From: Camelus ferus | Taxonomy: Eukaryota | DNA: 64,000 nt | Direction: 5' to 3' | Assembly (NCBI RefSeq): GCF_009834535.1 | Contig: NC_045697.1 | Span: 101,248,001-101,312,000, forward strand | In this document: positions 1 to 12,290 of the stretch, piece after piece | Layout: each line of letters starts with the position of its first letter | Position numbering within the stretch: the first letter of the stretch is position 1 | Notes under the pieces: generated by a model | The model's input: only the letters and a program-made list of their open reading frames with translations | Database searches by the model: none | What the model was told of the DNA's origin: nothing | Made by a program: the position numbers and the translations under genes

Positions 1-10
1 ACAAACCTGT

Positions 11-176
11 GGGGAGGGTATAGCTCAGTGGTAGGGCGCATACTTAGCAGGCACAAGGTCCTGGGTTCATTCCCCAGTATCTTCATTAACAAAAAAAAAA
101 AAAAAAAAAAAGGAAACAAAAACAAAGACAAAAATAAATAAATAAATAAATAAATAAAAGTTAAAAAAAAAAAAAA
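11..176 (+). mobile_element. tRNA-derived SINE (camelid Vic-1-like) with A-rich tail
   Basis: Head ggggagggtatagctcagtggtag...ggtcctgggttcattcccc has Pol III A-box and B-box motifs. It is followed by a poly(A)/(AAAT)n tail. The direct repeat acaaacctg at 1-9 and 179-187 is a TSD, cut by the window edge. Confidence 0.9.
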
Positions 177-2589
177 CCACAAACCTGACTTGGTCCTCCC
201 TTCTACAGCTCGGAGGGTGCATGAACACAGGAGCAACCAGCCTGTCTATTGAATTTAAGATACTTCTTAATCCCCAAAGCTCATAAATGCTAGTATTGAT
301 TTTAAAAAATCATCCTCACACAGGTTAATAAAATCTCTACTGTCATTTTGGTGAAAACTGAAGTGACACTTTTAATATCACCTGCTGTTCTTCAGGGAAT
401 AGTTGCCAAACCAGCATTATAAATTCCAGAGAAAAATATTTAATAAGACCATACTTAAATTTACAGAATTTATATGTTAGAGTTTAACTCACTAATAAGA
501 TAACTCATAAATATAGAGGAGATTAGAGCTTAAACTATTTTTTATCAGATCTGCTGGAAGACCAAAAATGAAAATTAAAAAATTCTCTACTAATTTCTCT
601 AGATATATTTTCTAGTGAGAAAGAATAAAACATAGTACTGCTTAAAAAAAAAAAAGTTTTGAGATGAAAATACTTCCAAAACAGAAATCAATTCACAAAG
701 TAATGTCATTTGAATAGATACCCATTTCAAAACAGAAAAACTGAAGGAGGAAAATTGAATGACTTATTCAAGTTTCTAAAGTTGATTTGTGAATGGAGCA
801 AGAAATAGAATGCTTTTCTCCTAGCTTTAATTCAAATATCTAATTCGATATTTTTTTTGGGTATTGATCTTCTGTAAAGACTGAAATGTTTTGTATGCAT
901 TGTAAGAAAGATACTAACTAAAGTGTAAAAAAAATCTTAAAAAAAAAGTTTCTATGTACATTTCAAGTTTCCAGCATCCTGTCTAGATTTCTTTTCTCTC
1001 ACTCTCTTTTTTTTTTCCCTTGAGAGTCTCACAGGGGAAAAAAAGAGGAAAAATGAGATTTCATGAGAGGACAGTTCTGAGCTAGAAAGAGAAAAAGAAG
1101 ATCTGTAACACAGAGGAAAACTGAGACAGATCTTTAAAGAGTGGGGTACATTGTTTGGCTTTATGTGGATGTAAAGAAAAAGGTACCAAGCTTTTTGTTG
1201 CTTGAACAAGGATAGGGATTTTCTTATGAGGCCTGAAAGGTTTTATAGTTGAAAAGTAATGTGAAAAATAATAACTTCTGCCACAATGATTGTTATAAGG
1301 CTCAGCACCTTCAATAAAAAGATGCTTCTGTTCAATTTCCGGTCACATCAAATTCTCATTATAAGCAGCTAAATCCCATCTCTCCATGAGCCAGACTGTA
1401 TCAAAAGTAGCAGCTTTATGCATTGAATTTTGTAACACACACTTACATCCCCATATGTCCCAGGTCACAAGGAAAATTCTAGGACTTTTTCCCCTCAGTG
1501 AATGACAGGCATGAATGCTAACCTTCAAAGAGACCAGGAGCAGGGACACACTGGTGACCAAGGTGCCCTCGAAAATAAGAAAGAAATTCTGTCACTTCTG
1601 GGAACAGAATTGTCCAGCTCCCAAGTGTTCACATAAAATCCATTTGTGTGCTAAAGAAAAAAAATTAAAGATTGTTGAGAGTTTAATTCAGTATCCATGA
1701 GGAGAAAAATCAGAGAGGCAATAAGGCCAAAAAAAAAGAAGGGAAAAAATGTCCCTAAAAGCCTGCTTAATAATTTCCATGCTATTCTTTCTTCTCATGT
1801 TATTTGGAAATGTTCACTATTGCTACATTTTCTTCTAAAGCCTGAAGAGAGAATAAAATGCCATTGAGGTGAAAGTCCCTAGACTGACCATGGAAATCAG
1901 GACAGGAAGATGCAGACTATAATGACGGATGCTTGGGTTCAGAGCCCCAGCTCTAAGTCAAAACATTACTCACCTTACCAGTACAGAGGCCAACAGACTT
2001 GATCTTAGATGGCTTTGCCCTTTAAAGAAAGCTCTTTTTAGCAGCGAAGAGACCCTCCAGTAGGCAGAAAGATGAATATCGCTTTCAAAACAGAAAATAG
2101 GTCAACTGATATGACAGAACGAAAGCTGGATACTGTCAGTTTTTTAAAGCAGTAAAGCTGAAAATGAAAGGTAAAATTCAAAGAGACAGGAATGGCATGT
2201 TTTCTTATTGGCAGCATGGACCTTTGTCATGCGTAAGAGTCTGTCGTTTGTTGTGCTGGGAAAGTTGGCTTCATTTTAAGACTTAAACCAAATCCAAGTC
2301 ATTAACTAAATGGTACATGCTTGTTTATGTTATTCACGAATAGATGCAAACTGGCCCTCCAGATTAGGCTAATTGAAGAGAAATGAGGTGACAGAGCTGG
2401 AAAAGAAACAGCAACATTTGGCAATAAAATGGTTTGAAGATAAAAGAAATAAAGGTATTTATAAGGAAAGAGCACCGATGTGACAGAAATTGTAACCCAG
2501 TTTAGAGTTCCCACTGTAAAGGGTAATTATCAATTCATATACATAGACCCATGGAACAGACTGCAGAAACAGCCCTAATACTTCACAGT

Positions 2590-3078
2590 CCCTCTAGTCA
2601 ATAAGTGGCATTTCATCCTCAAATTTGGGCTGGTGTTGTAACTTGTTTTGGCTAATAGAAAGCGGCAGAAATGATATTTTCCCAGTTCTAAAAATAAACC
2701 TCAAAAGAATTTGCAGTTTTCCTCCCACCGTCTTCTGCCCCTTGACCCCCAGTCCCAGAACCTGCCACCTCCATTTGAACAAACCCCAAACTCGGTCAGT
2801 TTAGACTTCTGCAGCCAATGGAATCATTGCACAGTAACTTGCCCCTGTTCCAGCTACCAGAAAGCCAGTCCCAGAAGCAGAGCCACCTCACCGACCAGCA
2901 GCTGACCACGGACGCAGGAGTAACACCAGTCCTATCAACGGAAGAACTACCCAGCTGATCGCAGACCAAATTCCACCCCTGCCCATCCCACACCCTGAAT
3001 CATGAGCTCAATAAACAGTGGTTATCTAAAGCCATAAAGTTTTGTAGTGATTTGTTATACAACAAAAGACAGCAGATA
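2590..3078 (+). mobile_element. MaLR (MLT1-type) solo LTR, degenerate
   Basis: Typical MLT1 motifs: tttgggctgg...gttttggctaatagaaag, and a 3' end aataaacagtggttatctaaagccataaagttttgtagtgatttgttatacaaca. Confidence 0.75.
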
Positions 3079-3114
3079 GAATCCATATATTCTAAGAAGC
3101 TTCATAGGAGTCTG

Positions 3115-4290
3115 TCATTAACTCAATTTGCTAAACCACTGTTGAGTATTAACCACGCACCGGGCACACTGACAAAGCCCAGGAATGGTGCCCTGGGGAG
3201 GCAGCTCTCTGGTGCAGAGTCCAACCTGAGGCTGTCGGGAAGGCCTGCAGCAGAGGAGACGTGAGTGAGGACCTGAAACGTACCTGTGAGTGGGCCAGGT
3301 GAAGTAAGCAGGGGCAGGAATTTCAGTCACAGGGGATGGTAAATGTATACAGAAATCACGCAGCAAGGTACAAGCAGGAAAATACAGGACTCTATGTTAG
3401 TAGAATGTAAAGTTTTAGTTAGGAAATGGCGAGAAATGAGACTAGAGAAGTTAACAGGCCATGAAGGCTCTGGATGTTCTCATAAACATCTTGGATAAAA
3501 GTGTCTTGATAGAGGCCTAGGCCAGTAATTCTCCACCATGAAAGTACATGGAAATTATCTGGTGAATATAATTAATATACATTTCCAGGGCTCTTATCAC
3601 CCATAAATTCTGATCCAGTAGCTTGGTGATTGGAGCCCAGACTGGGCTTCAACTTTTTTTTTTTTTTTTTCATTTTCATTTTTAAAACGTAACCCAGGAA
3701 GGTCTGATTTAGGTCGTATATGGACCACACTTTGAAAAACATCACTAGGCACTGGGAGGTCTCCTGAAGTGATTTTAAAAAGAGAGTGACTCAGGCACTC
3801 TTGTTATTTTCAGGTTGGCATTTAACACTGATTTTTCTGGCTGAGGTTTGGAAGGTAATTTAAGGCACTCAGAGAAGAGGCAAGGACCAGAGAATCTAAA
3901 TTAGGAAAATGGTAGTAAAAATTGGGGATCAAGCTATGAATTATTTACGCAGTTAAATTGTCAGAGATTTTTGTTGATTGGAGGAATGGAGGTGGAGGGG
4001 AAGGGAAGTGTCAAGGACGGCACCCAGATTAAATTAGATTTGAAATATCTTTAAAATGTCCAGAAATCTGGACTGGTTTGGAAGTTAATGGTACAGATTT
4101 AGGAGTCATCAGTGTACAGGGGTAAACCAAACTATGGAAGTTGGAGAGAGTTCCCAGGAGAGTGAACACAGGGAGAAGGGACAAGGCCAATGGCAGAACC
4201 CAGAGGTACATAAACACTTAAAGCACACACAAAGGATAAATAACGGCTTAGGAGACTAGGAAGAACTACCACTGAGTTAAGAGAGAAACA
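3115..4290 (-). mobile_element. L2 LINE fragments interrupted by a MER5-like element
   Basis: Reverse L2 3' end (ctgttgagtattaaccacgcaccgggcac) and the L2 body motif gatttaggagtcatcagtgtacagggg. Confidence 0.65.
3523..3747. mobile_element. MER5-like hAT-Charlie MITE
   Basis: cagtaattctcc...ttctgatccagtag...ggagcccag...ggaccacactttgaaaaacatcact resembles MER5. Confidence 0.65.
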
Positions 4291-4638
4291 CGGCTACAAT
4301 GACATTAAAGTCCCAGTAGTCATGGACCTGCACTGTTCCAGGCAAAGTACGACATATGGTTGCCCTACTTAAAAGTTAAAATGTGTCATTCAAAGTCTCT
4401 TGTGATCATTGCCAGTCTCATTTCACTAGAACTTTGGATGTAGAAGACTGAATAGTGTAGTTACCTTGAAGTAAAAATGTGAAAACAGAATTTACACAAC
4501 CCTTTTAAGAAAATGTTAGGTATACAGAAAATTATAAGCAAGAATGTAAAAAAAAGGAACTGCTTTTGAACATCAGTGAACAACCTTGCAGCGTCTCTCT
4601 GTCCACAAATAATTTTAAATTAATAGGATCTATGATTT

Positions 4639-4641
<3 letters not shown>

Positions 4642-4681
<40 letters not shown>

Positions 4682-4703
4682 GTGTATATATACACATACA
4701 CAC
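4642..4703. repeat. (TA)n/(CA)n microsatellite
   Basis: Direct reading; abuts the 5' end of the L1. Confidence 0.95.
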
Positions 4704-5345
4704 GGGAGATCGATTAAGATAGGGCAGGGCAGGGGGGTGCTGGAGGGAGTGATCAGCTCTGAGGGATAAAAAGGACTCAGACCTGAGGCTGTGTCTGAGC
4801 AGAGCGAGGGCAACAATTGCTGGTACCGGCACAGGCAGCGCATCAGAGGCAGCTTGGATCTCAGTCTCCGGCTGACCTGCAGCAGCCCGTGCCCTGTCAC
4901 AAGCAGAGAGCCTCCACAGGCCCTTCTTTTTCAGCACTGCTCTCTTCTGCAGCAAAGGTACCAGTGCTAGGAGATGGAACAACAAACACTTAAAGGGAAT
5001 AGAACCAGATCAGACACAACTCTCTTGGCTTCTGACCCAGGAACTTGGGATCCAAACCTGCCCCAAATAGGGAAGTGATGGCCAGTGAGCAGAAGGGAAG
5101 CCCCACTTCACACTAGGCTCCAGCCCTAGCCTCTCCATCGCCAGTCCCACCTCCTACCAAAGTGATACATGCCAGCATACACTGAGAAAAGATGTGACTT
5201 GCATCCACTTTAAATCTAGCTCTCAAACCAAAGGCACTAGGCACAAGCAGTCTGTGTAGGGATGCTCCCACACAAGGACACTCCTTCAAGATTTCAACAG
5301 GTAACTGTTTCACCTGAATTCATAGAAATAAAGAAAGTTAACCAA

Positions 5346-6228
5346 ATGAGAAGACAGAGGAACTGGTCTTAATTTAAAGAGCAAAAGAAAACCCCTGAAA
5401 AAAATAATGAAACAAATAAACTATTCCCCAGACAAAGAATTCAAAACACTCATAATAAGAATGCCACCTGAATTAGGGAAAAGAATAGATGAACACAGTG
5501 ATAATTTTAACAAAGTACTAGAAAATATTCTAAAAGACCAAATCAGAAATACAAATTCAATAATTAAAAAAAAAAAAAAAAAAACCAGAAGGACTGAATA
5601 GCAGATTAAGTGACATAGAAGAATGCACAAGTGATCTGGAATATAAAGTAATGGAAATCATCCAATCAGAACAGCAAAAAGAAAAACAAATTAAAAAAAA
5701 TTTTTAAGAGATCTTTGACATAACACAAAGCATACCAACATTTGCATAATAGGGGTCCGAGAGGAGAAGAGAGACAGAAATGGGTGGAAAATGTATTTAT
5801 GGAAAATATGGCTGAAAGTTTCCCAAACCTGAAAAACTAAACAGATATCCAAGTACAGAAAGCACAGAGGGTCCCAAACAAGAAAAACCCAAACAGACCC
5901 ACAGCAAGGCATAATTAAAATGGCAAAGTTAAAGAGAAAGAGAGGATTCTAAAAACAGCAAGAATAAAACAAATATTCATTTTAAGGGAGATCTTATAAG
6001 GCTATCAAATTATTTGTCTACTGAATCTGCAGGCCAGAAGGCAGTGGTATGATTTATTCAAAGTGCTGAAAGGGAAAACCTGCAATATCCTTGCCTAGGA
6101 TCCTCTACCAGGCAAGATTATCATAGAGAATTGCAGGAGAGATAAAGAACTTCTCAGACAAGCGAAAACTAAACAAGTTCATCAGTACTAAACCTACACT
6201 CAAAGAAATGTTAAACAGTCATCTCTAA
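5346..6228 (+). pseudogene. L1 ORF1p remnant (disrupted)
   Basis: Starts MRRQRN.., includes PDKEFKTLIIRM (ORF 5407-5601), and ends KFISTKPTLKEMLNSHL*. Stops and frameshifts present. Confidence 0.85.
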
Positions 6229-7736
6229 ATGGAAAAGAAGTAAAAATCTGTAGGAAATGAAAAAATCCCACTAGGAAAGGCAAATATATAGTAAGTGATA
6301 AGGATCAACCACTTAAATAAGCTAGTATGAAGATTAAAAGACAAAAAAATTGTAAAAACAACTATAATTACAATAAACAGTCACAGGATACACATGAAGA
6401 TGTAAAATAACATCAAAAATGTAGGAAAGGAGAGTAAAATATGTAGATCTTTTAGAATGTATTTGAACTTATGATTACCAGTTTAAAGTAAGTAGATATA
6501 GGTTAATATATATGAATTCCAAGGTAACCACTAAAAACCTAGAAAAGATACACAGAAACTAAAAAGAAAGGAACGTAAGCATAGTAATAAAGAAAATCAT
6601 CAAACCACAAGGGAAGAAATAAAAATAAGAAGAAATTAATACAGAAGAACTACTTAAAAACAATTAACAAATGGCAATAAATATATTTAACATTAATTAT
6701 TTTAAATGTCAATAGAATAAATACTCTAATCAAAAGACACAGGGTGGCTGATTGAATTTTTTAAAAAAAAGACATCTCTGTGCTGTCTACAAGACACTCA
6801 CTTTAGAGCTAAAAACACACACAGACTGAATGTGAAGGTATGGAAAAAGATATTTCATACAAATAAAAATGACAAGAGAACAGCGGTAGCAATACTCATA
6901 TCAGACAAAACAGACTCTAAAAGAAATGTTATAACAAAAGACAAAGAAAGGCATTATATAATGATAAAAGATTCAATACAAGAAGAGGATATTACATTCA
7001 TGAACATATATGCTCCCAATACAGGGGCACCTAAAGGTATAAAGCAAATATTAACAGATATAAAGGGAGAAACTGACAATAATATAATAATAGTAAGGAA
7101 CTTCAACATTTCACCTACATCAATGGACAGATGATCCAGATAGAAAATCAATAAAGCAACAGTGGTCTTAAAAGACACAACAGATCAATTGGACTTATTG
7201 ATATCCACAGGACATTCCATCCCAAAACAGTAGAATACATATTCTTCTCAAATGCATATGGAACATTCTCCAGGATAGATCACATGCTAGGCCACAAAAT
7301 AAGTCTCAACAAATTTAAGAGGATAGAAATTATATCAAGCACTTTTTTTTTCACAACCACAATATACAAAACCAGATACCAATTACAGAAAGAAAAATGG
7401 GTAAAGCACAAACACATGGAGAATAAAGAATATGTTAATAAAAAGCTAATGAGTCAATGAAGAAGTCAAAGAGGAAATTAGAAAATACCTTGAGACAAAT
7501 GAAAATGAAAACACATGCTCCAAAATCGATGAGATGCAGCAAAAGCAGTTCTAAGAGGGAAGTTTACAGTGATCCAAGCCTTCCTCAAGAAACAAGAAAA
7601 ATCTTGTGAACAATCTTCCACTTAAAGAAATTAGAAAAAGAACAAACAAAATCCAAAGTCAGAAGAAGGAAGGAAATAATAAAAATCAGAGAGGAAACAA
7701 ATAGAGACCAAAAACAAAAACACAAAAAAGAGAGAA

Positions 7737-7763
7737 AGCAAGCAAGCAAGCAAGCAAGTAAGC
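7737..7763. repeat. (GCAA)n microsatellite inside L1 ORF2
   Basis: agcaagcaagcaagcaagcaagtaagc read directly. Confidence 0.85.
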
Positions 7764-8552
7764 AAACAAGAAAGAAAGAAAACAAGAAAGGAAGAAAAGA
7801 TCAGTGAAACCAAGAGCTTGTTTTTTGAAAAGATAAAATTGATAAAACTTTAGCTGAGTTTATCAAGAAAAAGAGAAATGACTTAAATAAACAAAATGAG
7901 AAATAAAAAAGGAGAAATAACAGCTGATATCACAGAGATACAAAAGATCATAAGAGAATACTACAAGCAGTTATATGCCAGCAGATTGGACAACCTAGAA
8001 GAAATGGACAATTTAACAGACTGAACACTAGTAGTGAAATTGAATTTGTAATAAATGAAAAATCCCTGCAATCAAAAATCCAAGACCAGATGGCTTCTAA
8101 CAAACACATTAAGAACTAATACCAATCCTTCTCAAACTATTCCAAAGATTGAAGAGGAGGGAATACTTCCAAATTCATTCTACAAGGCCACCATCACCCT
8201 GATGCTAAAAATCAAAGACACTACCAAAAAAGAAAATTACAGTCAGTATCTTTGATGAATATAATTGCAAAAATCCTCAACAATATACTAGCAAAATACA
8301 GTCAACAGTAAGTATAAAGGATCATACACCGTGATCAACTGGGATTTATTCCACGGACTCATGAATGGTTTAATATTTGCATATCAATCAATGATATGCT
8401 ACATTAGCAAAAGGAAGGATAAAAATCACAATTATCTCCACAGACACAGGAAAAAGCATTTGACAAAATTCGATATCCATCCATTATTAAACCTCTCATC
8501 AAAGTGGCTATAGATGGAACATATGTCAACATAATAAAGGCTGTATATGACA

Positions 8553-8824
8553 TGCCTTTCATAAGGTCTATCCATGGTGCTGCAAGTGGCATTATTTTTT
8601 TCTTTTTTACAGCTGAGTAGTATTCCATTGTATAAATATTCCACCGCTTCTTTATCCAGTCATCTGTTGATGGACATTTAGGTTGCTTCCATGTATTGGC
8701 TATTGTAAATAGTACTTCTATGAGCATTGGAGTGCATGTATCTTTTCGAATTAGAGTTTCCTCTGGATATATGCCCAGAAGTGGGATTGCTGGATCATAT
8801 AGTAAGCTTATTTTTAGTTTTTTG
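8553..8824 (-). mobile_element. Inverted L1 ORF2 C-terminal fragment inserted into the L1 RT region
   Basis: The minus-strand translation [37 protein letters not shown] is the L1 ORF2 C-terminus. No poly(A) tail and no TSD. Confidence 0.9.
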
Positions 8825-10131
8825 TGCTCTCACCAATTCTATTTAATATAGTAATGGAATTCCTAGCTGCAGCAATCAGACAAGGAAAAGACCAAAAAGG
8901 CAACCAAATTGGAAGGAAAGAAGTAAAATTGTCACTATTTTTAGATGACATGAAACTATATATAGAAAACCCTAAATTCTCCACGAAAAATCATATTAGA
9001 ACTAACAAATGAATTCAGTAAAGTTGCAGAATACAAGATTAATATACAGAATTCTGCTACTTTTCTATTCATGAATAACAAACTATCAGAAAGAGAAAGC
9101 AAAAAGAAAAATCTTGTTTGCAATCACATCAAAAAGAATAAAATACCTAAGAATAAACTTAGCCAAGGTGGTGAAAGACATACTCTGAAAACTACAAAAT
9201 ATTGATGAGGGAAATTGAAGTTGATACAGAGAAACAGAAAGCTATCTCATGTTCTTGGATTGAAAGAAGTAATATTGTTAAAATGTCCATACTACCCAAA
9301 GGAATCTACAGATTTAATGCAATCATTATCAAAATACCTAGGATATTTTTCACAGAACTAGAACAAATAATCCAAAAATTTATATGAAACCACAAAAGAT
9401 CCCAGATTGCCAAACAATATTGAGAAGTATAAAAACCTGTGGATATCATGTGCCCTGACTTTAGACTATACTACAAAGCTGAAGATATCAAAACAGCATG
9501 GTATTGGCACAAAAACAGATAAATAGATCAATGAAACAGAATAGAGAGCCCAGAAATAAACCAAAACACCTATAGAGAATTAATCTACAACAAAAAAGGC
9601 AAGAATACGCTGCCATAAAAAAGAATAAAATTATGCCACTTGCAAGAATGTGAATGGGCCTACAGAGTATTATGCTCAGTGAAATAAATCAGTCAGAGAA
9701 AGATAAATAATATGTTATAAACTTATATGTGAAATCTAAAAAACAAAACAAAGGAATGCATATAGCAAAATAGAACAGACTTACAAATATAGAAAACAAA
9801 TTAGTGGGTACCAGTGAGGAGAGGGAAAGGGGGAGGGCAAGATACAGGTATGAGATTAAGGGATACAAACTATGTATAAAATAGATAAGCAAAAAGGACA
9901 TATTGTAGAGCACAGAGAATTATAGCCATTATTTTGTAATAACTTTAAATGGAGAATACACTATAAAAATATTGAGTCACTATGTTGTACACCTGAAACT
10001 AATATAATATTGTAAATCAACCATACTTCAATTAAAAAATGAAAAAATATACATATACAGATATATAAGAATATATGTAATCAAAATGTGTCTTTTTCAC
10101 AGAATTTTGTCATTCTGCATATAGAAATCTA

Positions 10132-10318
10132 CAGGACGGTTGGGTAACTTCTGCTGTAAAGGGCCAACAGTAAATATTTTAGGCTTTGTGAGCCATATAG
10201 TCCCTGTTGCAGCTACTCGACTCTGTCCTTGCTCTGCAGCATGCAAGCAGCCTTAGACAATATGTAAATGAGTGAGCAAAGATGATTTGGCCCATAGGCT
10301 ATAGTCTGCCAAATGCTG
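10132..10318 (+). mobile_element. MER58A-like hAT-Charlie MITE
   Basis: tgtaaagggccaacagtaaatattttaggctttgtgagccatatagtc...gatttggcccataggctatagtctgccaa matches the MER58A layout. Confidence 0.8.
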
Positions 10319-10779
10319 ATCTATATCACAATTTTTAGTGATTTCATATTGCTTATGGTTGTACCATAAATTATTAAACCAACCTTCAAGAAATGTATCC
10401 CAAGGAGATTTTCTTTCTTTCTTTTTTTTCCCAAGGAGATTTTCAAATGTTTTAAAATGTATGTAGAAATATGTTAATACAGCATTATATATCAGCAGGG
10501 GAAAACTGAAACAATGTAAATGTTCACCAAAAGGAGATTAATTAGATAATTTGGGGTTTACATGATAATTTCCCTCAAAAATTCTAAATGATATAGTTAG
10601 AGTACCAACTATACTTTTATCTCTTTTATGAATTATCTTGACCTTAATTTAGATCAGTCTTTTGAACTTCATCAATAATTTTTTTTAAAAAATCAGTAAT
10701 AATGTGAATGCTCATGTTATTTTGACTTGACCATTACAGGAAGACAGATATATATAAGTCTATAACACAATATACAGTA

Positions 10780-10980
10780 TTATTTAATCTATAGAACTTA
10801 CTCAAATTTCTCCAATTGCCCTACTATTGTTCTTTTTTGGTTCAGGATCCAATCCAAAATCACACTTTGCATTTAGTTGTCATGTTTCCTTAGCTTCCAT
10901 TAATATGGAACAGGTCCTCAGTCTGTCTTTGTTTTTCACAACCTTGTCAATTTTCAAGAGTGTCGGTCAGGTATTGTGAT
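10780..10980 (-). mobile_element. Old L1 (L1MC/ME-type) 3'UTR fragment
   Basis: ttcaggatccaatccaaaatcacactttgcatttagttgtcatgtttccttag; the same motif occurs at ~32230. Confidence 0.65.
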
Positions 10981-11725
10981 ACCCCAGTACTAATGAGCCC
11001 ATTCACTGCCCGGATCTTGGTTTCTAAATACCATGCTCCAATAAAAGAAAACTACAAGTCTCTGGAGAAACAGCTGATTGAGGGACTGGAACAGGGAAAG
11101 TACAAGGTAAGCCTAAAATATCTCGTGGTGCCAGAAAATGCTCAAGTGCTTAAAAGGGGGTGGGGGTAGGTACATTCTAAAAAGATACAGGTGCCAACCT
11201 GAAGGGGACTCCTAAAGGCCAAATCTGGGAAAACTGAACAACGAAATGAGTAATGATTATTTATGACAGATTACAACCCATCGAATAAAATGAGTTCATT
11301 TGCCCATACTAATATAAATAATAAATGAACAGATGAATGTTTGAATAAATTCTTCCTTATTATAAATTTACAAGTAGTATTTGGCAAACACCCCAGTAAT
11401 AATTGTTTCAGACAAGAATTGTCAACAGATGCTAAAGTTAGTGCTAACGGTGTGATAAGCAACAAGATATTTCAATACGCTCAAATTATACCCCCCAAGA
11501 TCCTTGTTAAAAACAAAGAAATTTTATTAACTTTGTAGTGGATAAACCTGAGAGACATCACCTTCACCCAATGTTCAAAGTTACCATTTTCAGTAATGGA
11601 ACAAATTAACATCATATTATTTCTGATTTGACGTACCAAGGAGGTCACAACCTCACTTGTGGGTATTTTTTGCCAAAAAACGCAAAATCTGAACTTAAAC
11701 ATGAGGAAACGTCAAAGAAAATGTA
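10981..11725 (+). mobile_element. Old L1 (L1MC/MD-type) 3'UTR fragment
   Basis: atcttggtttctaaataccatgctccaataaaagaaaact...ctggagaaa...ctgaacttaaacatgaggaaac. A reverse-oriented homologue lies at ~32.8-33.1 kb. Confidence 0.7.
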
Positions 11726-11789
11726 TCGACTGCCGGAGCCTAGGTGACCTAGTATGAGGCACGCGAGGGTGCTCGTGTGTGATGTGCTT

Positions 11790-12290
11790 TTTCAGTTTGG
11801 CCTTGGTTCAGTGCATGGAGATCCACTGGAAGGCTTTTAAGAAGAAAGTGACAGGACGACAGCTATGTCTCAATGAGATTAAACTGGCAGCACATGGTAA
11901 GATACAAAACAAAGGGGATGGAAATGAAAGCTGGGGAAGGTATGAAAACCTGTAGGGAGCTGTTCTGATATTTCAGGCACATAGTCATCATAATCTCAAA
12001 GAGGGTAATGGCATTAGAAATGGAGAAGAGGAGAGTAAGCCAAGACATAATGTGAAGAAAATCAAAATTAATTTTCCATTCACTGAATATGAAAGGTCCG
12101 GAGAAGGAGGGGGGAGGAGATCCCTATTACCAGATTGAGCCCCTGGGTATCTAGGCAGAAGGTGGGTACATGGAAGGAGAGGAAAGGGAGTTCTGTTTTG
12201 GACAGATATTTGAGGCACCATCATGATATCCTAAAAAGAATATCCAGCAGATAGCAGGGAAGGTCAGTCTGCAGTCGAAAAGAGATACAG
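11790..12290 (-). mobile_element. L2 fragment
   Basis: ggagatccactggaaggcttttaagaagaaagtgacag...gagttctgttttggacagatatttgagg. Confidence 0.65.

Larger units (their letters stand above)
6671..9608 (+). pseudogene. L1 ORF2p remnant (endonuclease and reverse transcriptase), disrupted
   Basis: Endonuclease motifs CCLQDTH, NIYAPN and HGTFSRIDHMLGHK. RT-region motifs [36 protein letters not shown] (a FADDM variant) and [16 protein letters not shown]. Confidence 0.92.
4704..10045 (+). mobile_element. Near full-length, inactive LINE-1 (5'UTR remnant, ORF1, ORF2 with internal deletions, 3'UTR, A-rich end)
   Basis: GC-richer 5' part, then ORF1- and ORF2-like translations. The 3' end reads ...gctgccataaaaaagaat...tgtaaatcaaccatacttcaattaaaaaa. 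Many stops and frameshifts. ORF2 jumps at ~9608 straight to its extreme C-terminus. Confidence 0.95.

Noticed and set aside
11..85. tRNA gene
   Set aside because: It has A and B boxes, but the cloverleaf is degenerate and it carries a poly(A) tail and TSD. It is a tRNA-derived SINE.
4704..10045. Active LINE-1
   Set aside because: It has multiple stops, frameshifts, internal deletions and an insertion in the RT region.
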